From a virus (taxonomy: Duplodnaviria; Heunggongvirae; Uroviricota; Caudoviricetes), in the IMG/VR virus record IMGVR_UViG_3300029880_000003, positions 66,978 through 130,977 of that record: a stretch of 64,000 nt of DNA; one strand, written 5' to 3'. This document shows positions 39,597-48,360 of this stretch, piece by piece. The notes beneath the pieces are model-generated. The model did no database searches, was not told the DNA's origin, and was given only the letters and a program-made list of their open reading frames with translations. Every line of letters starts with the position of its first letter. The stretch's first letter is position 1. The position numbers and the translations under genes were made by a program.

Positions 39597-39815
39597 TTGA
39601 AATATATCTGTTCTTATTGGTTCTGTTTGTTATCGCTATCGTGCTTTGCTAAGGAAGGAATGTATATGTATATTGTAAATCTTATGTGCGTATCATTCGG
39701 TTTGTCTATATCTGCTTTCGTCATGGCTCTTATTGCTATGGTAAAGACCATGAGAGTTAAAAGCAAAGTTGAGGATATTCGCTTTGATGTGTATCGGAGG
39801 AGGAACAAGCGATGA
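39597..39815 (+). CDS. small membrane protein (likely start 39663)
   Basis: hydrophobic segment VNLMCVSFGLSISAFVMALIAMV. Confidence 0.35.
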   Translation: MKYICSYWFCLLSLSCFAKEGMYMYIVNLMCVSFGLSISAFVMALIAMVKTMRVKSKVEDIRFDVYRRRNKR

Positions 39816-40063
39816 TAGATATTTTTATCAAGATTGCTATTCCTATTGCGATTGCACTTATCATGTTCGATGCTGCTTTGTTGTTTAAGGTCGGCGCTAG
39901 TGGCGTTGAAACTGATAATGCGGAAAATGGCATTAGCGCCGAGGATAAGCCACTTGTTAGTGAAGACGATCAGAGGATGATTGACGAGTATGGCAGCGCG
40001 GGAATCGATGTTGGCGATGATAGGATTTTGATTATCACTAAGGACGATGATTACAATGAATAA
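39812..40063 (+). CDS. small membrane protein with acidic tail
   Basis: N-terminal TM IKIAIPIAIALIMFDAALLF. Confidence 0.35.
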   Translation: MIDIFIKIAIPIAIALIMFDAALLFKVGASGVETDNAENGISAEDKPLVSEDDQRMIDEYGSAGIDVGDDRILIITKDDDYNE

Positions 40064-40222
40064 TAAATTAAAGGCTGTGTTATCTGTACTTATTTCTATA
40101 ATTATAGTTACGGTTGTGCTAATAATATCAGCACAACATCCTATCATTTATCAATTGCTTGCGCTGATTGTTGTTATCTGTGTTATTTCATATGTTGTTT
40201 ATGACGTATTATAGGAGTAATC

Positions 40223-40528
40223 ATGCATGTTAAGACAATTTATACATGTGATCGCTGCGGAAAAGAATTCGAGGTGACCAATGGAATCTTTAGAGTATGT
40301 AAGCCTAAGAGATATCTTATGAATGTATTTCGTCCACGGTGTTTTTACGAAGATAGATATGATCTATGCGATGATTGCAAGGAGTCGTTTGAATCCTGGC
40401 TTTATAATCCCGAAGCTGATGCACACTCCAACAAATCAGATTTATCAGGTGAAGCCAAGGATATTTATGATGGTATGTTAAAGCGTCTTGGGAATGGCGA
40501 TGAAGACCATGGTTTTGGGTCACTTTAA
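40223..40528 (+). CDS. zinc-ribbon protein
   Basis: CDRCGKEF…CDDC. Confidence 0.4.
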   Translation: MHVKTIYTCDRCGKEFEVTNGIFRVCKPKRYLMNVFRPRCFYEDRYDLCDDCKESFESWLYNPEADAHSNKSDLSGEAKDIYDGMLKRLGNGDEDHGFGSL

Positions 40529-40822
40529 TAAGTTTGACAATCGGAGCAGTTGCGACAGCAGCATTTCTGTACTTCACACAACAGGTTGCAGGTTGGCTTC
40601 TGTTCCCAGATGCAAAGGTTGTAGAGATGGCACTTAAAGCTATTGGGTAAGTAGGAAGAGTGAAGTATTTTGTCGAATAAATATCCACAATGCTTAAAGC
40701 GATCTTCAATGAGCTTGCGAGCATCAATGCAATGCTAGGATCGATTGTTTCTTTTATGAGAAAGCTGGACAACGATGGTGCTATGATGCTTAAAAATGCA
40801 ATGAATAATCAAAATAGGGCGA

Positions 40823-41164
40823 TTGATTTGTACGAAAAGGCAGCGAAGGAACATGAACAAGGTTAGCGACAAAGAGCGGCGAGAGATTGCTCAAAAGTTG
40901 CGGAGCTTAAACCCCAGCGACACATGCAAGCTATGCGATGATGATTTCATCGACCTTTTGAGTGAAACATTAGGCGTAGACACAGACCAATTGTGCTATG
41001 ATGCGCAGCTTATTAAGCGCCTTGCCGACCTGATTGACCGTCCGATAGCTGCAAGGTATTTCGCAGCAACTATCGAAAATATATTGCATTGTGGCAACTG
41101 TAGTTATACTATTACTCGTAGTTACCGCTATTGTCCACAATGCGGAGTGGAGCTTAAGAAATGA
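40823..41164 (+). CDS. zinc-ribbon protein, tandem paralog A
   Basis: LIKRLADLIDRP … YCPQCGV. Confidence 0.45.
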   Translation: MICTKRQRRNMNKVSDKERREIAQKLRSLNPSDTCKLCDDDFIDLLSETLGVDTDQLCYDAQLIKRLADLIDRPIAARYFAATIENILHCGNCSYTITRSYRYCPQCGVELKK

Positions 41165-41541
41165 TTAGCGATGAAAAACGCAATGAAGTAGCAGATAAAC
41201 TACGTGACATTGCAAAAGAAGAAGATATCGATGGTTATTCATATACAGAGTTGTGGGATAAGCTTATTGATATTATCTATGATGACCTTGAAAGCTATGA
41301 GAATGCTACTTGCGTAGATGATTTGAGTCTTCTTGCTGATCTGATTGACCGACCTGCGGTAAAACCTGTTTATCCATATGATGATATGCCTGATTATATT
41401 TTCTGTGGCGAATGCAACACTCAGATTTGGAATTCTGCAAATTATTGTCCGCAATGTGGAGTTAGATGTGTTCCATATGGTAAACCGTTTTTTGATGATG
41501 AAGACAGGAGAATCTATGAAACTATATGTGGCGATGTGTAA
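41161..41541 (+). CDS. zinc-ribbon protein, tandem paralog B
   Basis: LSLLADLIDRP … YCPQCGV. Confidence 0.45.
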   Translation: MISDEKRNEVADKLRDIAKEEDIDGYSYTELWDKLIDIIYDDLESYENATCVDDLSLLADLIDRPAVKPVYPYDDMPDYIFCGECNTQIWNSANYCPQCGVRCVPYGKPFFDDEDRRIYETICGDV

Positions 41542-41770
41542 CAATGGCGAAGAGTGGGAAGACAACTATGAGTATGTAGATGCAATTTTCTCCACATATG
41601 AAAAGGCTGTTGAGTATATCGAGAACAGTGGATTTGTCGAAGACAAACCATCTTGTTGGAAGCAAACATGGAGTATCCCCGAGCAAGAATGCGATTACTG
41701 GGGAAGCAATGAATACATGTTCGTTGATGAATTCGAGCTTGACAATCCCAATAAAGATGATATCATCTAA
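41516..41770 (+). CDS. acidic hypothetical protein
   Basis: MKLYVAMCNNGEEWEDNYEY…. Confidence 0.4.
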   Translation: MKLYVAMCNNGEEWEDNYEYVDAIFSTYEKAVEYIENSGFVEDKPSCWKQTWSIPEQECDYWGSNEYMFVDEFELDNPNKDDII

Positions 41771-41805
41771 GAATCTTAGAAAGACAGTTGTTAAGGAGTT
41801 ATAAG

Positions 41806-41997
41806 ATGTCTAAGAAGTGTCCTCAAATTTGCGCTAACTGCAAGAACTTCAAGTCTTTTGATGTAGACTTTGATTACCCAGAGGATCTATGTGGTTCATG
41901 CAAGGCGAACGGTGGGGAAGTAATGTACGGTGACGATGAGAAGTGCGAGAACTACAGTCAGGTAAAGCACCCTCGTGTCACGAGCTTTAGTTATTAG
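41806..41997 (+). CDS. small Cys-rich protein
   Basis: MSKKCPQICANCKNF…CGSCK. Confidence 0.35.
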   Translation: MSKKCPQICANCKNFKSFDVDFDYPEDLCGSCKANGGEVMYGDDEKCENYSQVKHPRVTSFSY

Positions 41998-42009
41998 TAG
42001 ATGATATAA

Positions 42010-42213
42010 ATGCCAGTTAAGAAGAAAGCCAATAGAGCTGTTATCAATACAACAGTTGACAAGAAGGTGTTGAAGTCATTCAGGGATAAATGCGATTACA
42101 TTGGTTGCAACATGAACGTAGTATTGGAAGCTTTCATGCGACAATTCGCAACGGGAGAATTCACTATCCAGCTAGGCAAAACAAAGGGCTTTGAAGTCAA
42201 GCTAGATGAATAG
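42010..42213 (+). CDS. small DNA-binding-like protein (paralog of 39207..39425), upstream of recombinase
   Basis: see 39207; terminator at 42221-42249 follows. Confidence 0.4.
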   Translation: MPVKKKANRAVINTTVDKKVLKSFRDKCDYIGCNMNVVLEAFMRQFATGEFTIQLGKTKGFEVKLDE

Positions 42214-42337
42214 ATAATCGAGGGAGATAATATTCTCCCTCTTTTTTTGTTATATTAAACTTAGTCAAACTACTTGCCAGCTACATAAACGAGTGTTACA
42301 ATTATTGTATAGAAAAGGACAGAAGCTAGAAAGGGTG

Positions 42338-43138
42338 TTCAACATGGCTGATTATGCTCCGCAAATTAACTATCAGTACAAGTCCAACGTCATCTCGTTC
42401 GAGGATCTTAAGAGCAAGAAGGATGAAGAGAACACTAAGGCAGCAGATGAGCCTAAACGTATCAGTTATACCGCTGGCAAGTCCACTGAGGTATATGCTT
42501 TCCGTACCGAAGAAGAGATCAAGGCTATGATCGATGTGTACGATAAGCATATTGATGAAGCTGCCAATGAAGATCAAAGACGTGTAGCATGTCGCAACAA
42601 GATGATGTTCGTTGTCGGTTTGAATATTGGTATTCGTGTAAGTGATTTGGCATCGTTGAAGTATTCTTTCTTCTTCGATAAGAAACCCAATGGAGAATAT
42701 GCATTCAAGAAGTTCTATACTTTGCAGCCTAAGAAGCAACGCAAGAGCGGTAAGTTCGTTAAGCTGTTCTTCAATCAGACTGTTCGTGTTGCTATTGAAA
42801 ACTACATTGCAGAGTATCCGTTTGAAAGTCTTGATGAATATCTATTCACTTCTAGAGAAGGAGACAACAAGCCATTGGAAACACGTTCTATTTGGCGCAT
42901 TATCAAGCGTACCGCGAAGGAAGCTGGTATTAATAAGAACATTGGATCGCACAGCCTTCGCAAGACATGGGCTTATCGAGTTTGGAGCAGCGCCGAAGAT
43001 AAGAATAAAGCTCTAGTTATGTTGATGCGCTGCTTTAATCATTCCTCTGCTGTTGTTACGATGCGCTACATTGGAATCATGGATGATGAAATCGAAAAAA
43101 TGTATAATAGCGTTGAGCTAGGTCTTGATTATTTATAG
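42338..43138 (+). CDS. tyrosine recombinase / phage integrase family (short, XerC/D-like)
   Basis: catalytic region HSLRKTWA…LMRCFNHSSAVVTMRYI (R, H-x-x-R, Y). Confidence 0.65.
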   Translation, partial: FNMADYAPQINYQYKSNVISFEDLKSKKDEENTKAADEPKRISYTAGKSTEVYAFRTEEEIKAMIDVYDKHIDEAANEDQRRVACRNKMMFVVGLNIGIRVSDLASLKYSFFFDKKPNGEYAFKKFYTLQPKKQRKSGKFVKLFFNQTVRVAIENYIAEYPFESLDEYLFTSREGDNKPLETRSIWRIIKRTAKEAGINKNIGSHSLRKTWAYRVWSSAEDKNKALVMLMRCFNHSSAVVTMRYIGIMDDEIEKMYNSVELGLDYL

Positions 43139-43270
43139 AAGAAGATGAGCATTATAAGCAAAGTAATTAAATAAAGGTGACGGCTGTTTTTAGCAGCCGT
43201 TGCCATTTGTATTAATGTTATATGTTGTGTAATATTGACTTAGAATACTACAAGAAAGGGGCGCTCATGT

Positions 43271-44209
43271 GTGAACAATGATTTTGAGGGGTTTATAAAA
43301 ACATTCGACTCTCCAAACACAGTAAGAGTAGTTAAGTCATTACAAGCAATAGGAGATTATGATTACTCTAATTGTACGCCGTTTGATATTGAGAATATAA
43401 TCCTTAACCTAAAACCAAATAGTCCAAAAGCTATAACAACAATCATATATATCATGTCTTTATACGCTAAGTATCTTGGAAATAAAGACATGTTGTATAT
43501 GATTGAGGACATTGATAGGAATGCTCTTTGGTTATTGGCAAAACCAAATGCAGCAAAGAAGTTCATATCCAATAAAGATTTCGAGAACGTCTATCATGAG
43601 ATAGGGGTGCATGAGGAACATAACTCATTCTATATACAAACATTGTTCAGATGCTTGTATGAAGGAATCTATTGTGATGATATGAGCGTCATAAAGAATC
43701 TGAGGGCAAGCGATGTAAATGATAGCGTTGTCACTCTTAGAGATGATAATGGTAATGAGTATAATATAACTGTGTCAGATAGGCTTGCTGGTGATCTTGT
43801 GAAGCTAGGCGATGTCGATACATGGAGCAGGAACAACCGCTATGGCGTATGCAACATTGCAATAACTGGATTATATAAGGATAGTTGCTTTAAAGTTGAG
43901 AATAGAAAAGGAAGTTCGGAATACAGCTATAGGTTTTCTTATTATCGCATATTGAGGAACATAGCAAAGAATTATGTTGGATACAGTTTATTACCGTTGC
44001 AACTCTATGTGAGCGGCATAATGTATAGAATAGGGAAGATGTTGAAGCAGCATGATATTGCGATACAAGACGCTTTCTCAGACAATAATAGGGATAAGAT
44101 TGTTAATACAATAATAACCAATGAACTTACCAGGTGCATGTGCGATACGCCAGTAAGAAACTTTAGGGAAATGGTTAAAGGACATTTAGAAGTATTTGAT
44201 ACTTTCTGA
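43271..44209 (+). CDS. hypothetical protein, AT-rich, possibly degenerate integrase-like/SAM-like domain
   Basis: 312-aa ORF; weak resemblance only. Confidence 0.3.
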   Translation: MNNDFEGFIKTFDSPNTVRVVKSLQAIGDYDYSNCTPFDIENIILNLKPNSPKAITTIIYIMSLYAKYLGNKDMLYMIEDIDRNALWLLAKPNAAKKFISNKDFENVYHEIGVHEEHNSFYIQTLFRCLYEGIYCDDMSVIKNLRASDVNDSVVTLRDDNGNEYNITVSDRLAGDLVKLGDVDTWSRNNRYGVCNIAITGLYKDSCFKVENRKGSSEYSYRFSYYRILRNIAKNYVGYSLLPLQLYVSGIMYRIGKMLKQHDIAIQDAFSDNNRDKIVNTIITNELTRCMCDTPVRNFREMVKGHLEVFDTF

Positions 44210-44329
44210 AAACTTGGAACTATTTACTATTTGAAAAACTTTATCGACTGGTGCTACATTAATAGTGTTGTCTGGTGTATATAAAAGTGTATATACACCT
44301 TCAATACTATTTTTGAGAGGTGACCTTCT

Positions 44330-44665
44330 ATGTTTGACTATGAAAGATACGGCTTCAAATGCGGTGGGAAGTCAGAGCTTGGTAAGATTCTTGGAAATAA
44401 ACTGAATCTTAAATCTGTTCATATAGATACATATATTGCAAGTCCATACATATTTTTATTGAGATCTGCTGAAAATAAAGTCACTGCTGCGATAGAGAAT
44501 GATAGGGTAATCATCAGAAGAAACGACCGTAACAACACAACGATATCAAATATCCCGTTTGACGTTGTTGAAGATGTGAAGTTCAAGTTTATGGAAGACT
44601 GTAGGTTCCAGGCATTCTTCACTATATTCAATATCTGCTATCGTATTATCGCTGAGGTATGCTAG
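44330..44665 (+). CDS. hypothetical protein
   Basis: 111-aa ORF, AT-rich. Confidence 0.35.
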   Translation: MFDYERYGFKCGGKSELGKILGNKLNLKSVHIDTYIASPYIFLLRSAENKVTAAIENDRVIIRRNDRNNTTISNIPFDVVEDVKFKFMEDCRFQAFFTIFNICYRIIAEVC

Positions 44666-44853
44666 AAATTTTTCCGAATTGCCATTGACAACTTAAAAAC
44701 TTATATGCAATAATGTTTCTTGTCAGGATAAATATGGTTATCGAAACGAACCAAAATCCTGGCAAGAGATCGTTGCAAGTATCTAGATAAGATGCTAGGA
44801 TATATCTCATGAACCTTGACAACAGAATATTCAAAATATTTTGAGAAAAGTTC

Positions 44854-44882
44854 TTGACATGATAATCTGATCTGATAATATA
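44854..44882 (+). promoter_or_regulatory. sigma70-like promoter upstream of tRNA cluster
   Basis: TTGACA-16nt-TAATAT. Confidence 0.35.
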
Positions 44883-45521
44883 GTTGATATCACGAAACAA
44901 AAGCAATCGACTTAAATGATTGAGAGGAAGCGGTTGTGAAGGTCTTGTGAGGCAGCTTGATAACTAAAAAGGTTATATGTTAAGATGTTTGAAGACAGTA
45001 AAGGTTATTGTTTGTAATTAGATTGCAGATTTGCTTCATAAGAACCTCCTTTAGTGGATAACAATCGAAATGTGGAATACTGATATCGAATAATAGGCAA
45101 ACATCCACCGATAGGTTTAATCCAAAGGGTAAGCTCGCTCCTATGAAAACAACGAATACAAACGCAAAGATGCAATCTAATTACAGACAATAGCAAAGGT
45201 TATTGCATATGCAGAAGTTATTGATTTGGGGTAACTTTTGCATGGGCAGTAACCCGATAATGAGTGCTGTCCCCCCTGCCTAGTTTGGGTTAGTAATAAG
45301 GCTAGGCGTTGTGCATTGCAAATGGGTTTGATATCCGAAGCTACTAGTCAAGTTTGTGATGCATTGCCATTACGACAACATGGAAGCGAAGCTTGGTCGT
45401 ATCTTTGCGGCGGTTTTAATATAACGACCCCTTGGTAGTTGGAGGTAAAACTACCACCGCTTATGAAGCGCATATTTGATGGTTGGTATGTGTTTCACAG
45501 GCGGTTGTGAATCGTCTGAAT

Positions 45522-45593
45522 GCAGGGTTAGCTCAACGGTGGAGCAGAGATCTCAATCTTTGGTCGTGGGGTCAGCACCCACACCCTGCACCA
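45522..45593 (+). pseudogene. tRNA-like element with intact acceptor/T-arm/CCA but non-canonical anticodon arm (tRNA pseudogene or att-site tRNA fragment)
   Basis: GCAGGGT…ACCCTGC-A-CCA acceptor, T-arm GTGGG/CCCAC; no 5-bp/7-nt anticodon arm can be formed. Confidence 0.35.
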
Positions 45594-45596
45594 AAT

Positions 45597-45672
45597 GCGC
45601 CAGTAACTCAGGGGACAGAGTTCCGATCTTCTAAATCGGGGGTCGAGTGTTCAAATCACTCCTGGCGCTCCA
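45597..45672 (+). tRNA. tRNA-Arg (anticodon UCU)
   Basis: hand-folded cloverleaf: acceptor GCGCCAG/CTGGCGC, D-stem ACTC/GAGT, anticodon stem CCGAT/ATCGG loop CTTCTAA, T-arm GAGTG-TTCAAAT-CACTC, encoded CCA. Confidence 0.8.
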
Positions 45673-45674
45673 AT

Positions 45675-45748
45675 GCCTGATTAGTTTAATGGTAAAACAA
45701 ATCACTTGTAATGGTTAGTCGAGCGTCCGATTCGTTCATCAGGCACCA
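45675..45748 (+). tRNA. tRNA-Thr (anticodon UGU), T-loop slightly non-canonical
   Basis: acceptor GCCTGAT/ATCAGGC, D-stem GTTT/AAAC, anticodon stem AATCA/TGGTT loop CTTGTAA, encoded CCA. Confidence 0.55.
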
Positions 45749-45871
45749 TTCTAACAATAACGCCGAGTACAGAATAAAGATTGCTTCGAAGCGCCTCTGT
45801 AATTGACATGCGAAACTTGAGAAGGGGAGGCTTGGCGTTATTTATATAATGAATTACATTAAGGAGTCTCA

Positions 45872-46159
45872 ATGAAACTTATCGTCAAGGATCGTGGTAT
45901 GGGTAAGACTATTGAGTTGATTCATGTTAGTGAAGCTACTGGCTATCCAATTGCGGCAAGCACAGAGATGCATAGACAGTGTATCATCGATAAAGCAAAA
46001 GAGCTTAAGTGTAATATTCCAGAACCCGTCTCAATTGAATATGCGAAATGCTATGAGCATGTTCTAGTGGATGAAATTACCATGGGTGGAATTCTATCGA
46101 AAGCTGTTAACGAGTATCTTGGAACCGATGTTGTTGCTTGCACTTGTTCGCCAGATTAA
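45872..46159 (+). CDS. hypothetical protein
   Basis: 95-aa ORF. Confidence 0.4.
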   Translation: MKLIVKDRGMGKTIELIHVSEATGYPIAASTEMHRQCIIDKAKELKCNIPEPVSIEYAKCYEHVLVDEITMGGILSKAVNEYLGTDVVACTCSPD

Positions 46160-46170
46160 AAGGAATTGGT

Positions 46171-47172
46171 ATGGTAACATTTGTTATCGGGATTATTGCA
46201 CTTCTTATTGCGATCCCAGCTATCATCTTCGCTATTCGAATGAAGGTACCAGAGCTAGTTGAGACTGGTAAAGATGCGTGGGGTGATCCAAAAACGAACG
46301 AGAATGATGTTCGTAACGCAAGAGAGAATAAACGTTTTGCTACTATTGTTGCTTCAGCATTTTTTGCTTTTGCAATCCTCTTTGGTGCAATATCTTGTAT
46401 CTACTCTCAGGATATTGGTGAGGTAAAGGTAATTCGTAACTTTGGCGGTTCTCTTGGTGGTGTTAGCACAGAAGCTGGTTTTCATGTAAAAGCTCCTTGG
46501 CAAGATATGATTACCTATGATGTGCGAAACAACATTCTATCTTTCATGGATGATAGTGAGAAAGATCAATTTGAAGGTGGTTCTGCAAATGGCTCTGCTG
46601 TAACTATCAACGACTCGTCAGGCACGTCTGCTACGATTGATATCCAAGTAAACTATTCTCTTGACCCAGAAGCAGCAGAGCGACTTTATGCTGACTATGG
46701 TACGCAGGAAAACTTTGTAAAGTCAATTTGCGCAGTCGATATCCGCGCCATTCCTCGTGAGGTAAGTGGAAAGTTCGATACTATCAGTATTCTTACTACT
46801 CGCGGTGATTTTACTTCGGCAGTACAGGAAGCATTGACTGACAAGTGGAAGGATTACGGTCTTGTTGTAGAGCAAGTTTCTATTCAGAATGTAGTGTATC
46901 CTCAGTCTATCATCGATAAGTATAGCGAAGCTACGGCAGCAGAGGTTGCTAAAGCGACCGCTGAAAACAACCAGAAGGTTGCCGAGGTAGAAGCACAAAC
47001 TAAGGTAACTACCGCTAAGGGTGAAGCTGAAGCAAATGCAATCCTTGAGAAGTCTCTAACTGATAAGGTTATTCAGAAGCAGTATGTTGAAACCCTCAAG
47101 AGCATTGGTGAAAATGGAAATCTTGTGGTTGTTCCAGAAGGAAGCAGTCCAATCGTTTCAACTGGTAAGTAG
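46171..47172 (+). CDS. SPFH/band-7 (HflK/C, prohibitin-like) membrane protein
   Basis: N-terminal TM VTFVIGIIALLIAIPAIIFAI plus second TM; Ala/Glu-rich coiled C-terminal region typical of SPFH. Confidence 0.5.
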   Translation: MVTFVIGIIALLIAIPAIIFAIRMKVPELVETGKDAWGDPKTNENDVRNARENKRFATIVASAFFAFAILFGAISCIYSQDIGEVKVIRNFGGSLGGVSTEAGFHVKAPWQDMITYDVRNNILSFMDDSEKDQFEGGSANGSAVTINDSSGTSATIDIQVNYSLDPEAAERLYADYGTQENFVKSICAVDIRAIPREVSGKFDTISILTTRGDFTSAVQEALTDKWKDYGLVVEQVSIQNVVYPQSIIDKYSEATAAEVAKATAENNQKVAEVEAQTKVTTAKGEAEANAILEKSLTDKVIQKQYVETLKSIGENGNLVVVPEGSSPIVSTGK

Positions 47173-47284
47173 TTGATGTAAAATATAATTGCCTTGGAGC
47201 CTTCGGGTGACCATGAAAGACAGCAGTTGCGACTGTGTGCTAGTAGCAGATGAGTCTGTGAAAGCTTAATGCGAAAGCGATTAT

Positions 47285-47758
47285 GTGCTTATAAGTTATA
47301 ACAGGAAAGAGTTAACGGTGAAGTTCTCTAACTTTGAAATGCGTATGTTCAATGAGGCTCATAAAGAAGCTAAGAAAGGAACATACAAGCAAGTTAAAGT
47401 TGGCTGTGTTATAACTTATAAACATAAGATTATCGGTAGGGGTCACAATCAAGATAAGACCCATCCTATGCAGAAGAAATACAATCGTTATCGAAATTTT
47501 AATAATACAGAAGGCGAGTTTGTTAAAGACTATGCTCATGCAGAAGTTATTGCAATAGGAGCTATTCCATATACAACTGGTATTGAAGTTGATTTTTCGA
47601 AAGCCAAAGTGTTTGTGTATCGCGTTTGTCCTGGCAAGCAATTTGGATACGGGAACTCAAAACCATGTCCAGCTTGCATGAATCTTATAAAGGACTTAGG
47701 CATAAAGAAAATCTATTATACTGACGATGATGGATATAATTATCTTCAATTGAATTAG
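47285..47758 (+). CDS. dCMP/cytidine deaminase (zinc-dependent)
   Basis: HAEVIAIG … PCPACMNLI (H-A-E and PCxxC motifs); start may be 47339. Confidence 0.65.
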   Translation: MLISYNRKELTVKFSNFEMRMFNEAHKEAKKGTYKQVKVGCVITYKHKIIGRGHNQDKTHPMQKKYNRYRNFNNTEGEFVKDYAHAEVIAIGAIPYTTGIEVDFSKAKVFVYRVCPGKQFGYGNSKPCPACMNLIKDLGIKKIYYTDDDGYNYLQLN

Positions 47759-47880
47759 GTATAACGTTGGTGCAGTCTTAGGATATGGCTGTTAAATGGC
47801 TAGTGAACACGTTATGAAGGTGCGTACCTCATAAACTAGGAAGCAGCAGCCAACGCAGAAAAATAGTTTGAAAGGAATGT

Positions 47881-48348
47881 ATGTCTATGGAAACGAACAA
47901 GAACAAGAAGTATGGTTGTTGTGAATGCTGTGACGATTGTTATGATGGTCGCAGTAATATTCGTATTACAAGGGATTACATTTATGACATTCTCGACAAG
48001 TCAGAAATTATCGTGACCACAGTTTTCGATAAGTGTACTATTGTGTCATGCAAACTTCCAAGTGGTTTTGTGATTGTAGAATCATCTGCCTGTGTTGATC
48101 CGAACAACTATGATGAAGACTATGGTGCAGAGATTTGCATTGATAAGATTGTCGATAAGCTCTATGAACTTGAAGGCTATCTACTTCAAGAAGCTCTTAG
48201 TCTGAATAGCTATGACGAAGACGAAGATGATCTATCAGGTGATTACGAACGTGTAAACTATGATTACGAAGCTAAGTACCATGACTTCGACCCTATGGAT
48301 GACTTTGATGATTTCTATGAAATCTATGCTGGATATATTCGCAAGTAA
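47881..48348 (+). CDS. acidic Cys-containing hypothetical protein
   Basis: 155-aa ORF. Confidence 0.4.
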   Translation: MSMETNKNKKYGCCECCDDCYDGRSNIRITRDYIYDILDKSEIIVTTVFDKCTIVSCKLPSGFVIVESSACVDPNNYDEDYGAEICIDKIVDKLYELEGYLLQEALSLNSYDEDEDDLSGDYERVNYDYEAKYHDFDPMDDFDDFYEIYAGYIRK

Positions 48349-48360
48349 CTAGGAGTCTAT

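Noticed and set aside
45522-45593. Third canonical tRNA gene
   Set aside because: The acceptor, D-arm and T-arm fold, but no 5-bp anticodon stem with a 7-nt loop can be formed. It is reported as a tRNA-like or pseudo-tRNA element instead.
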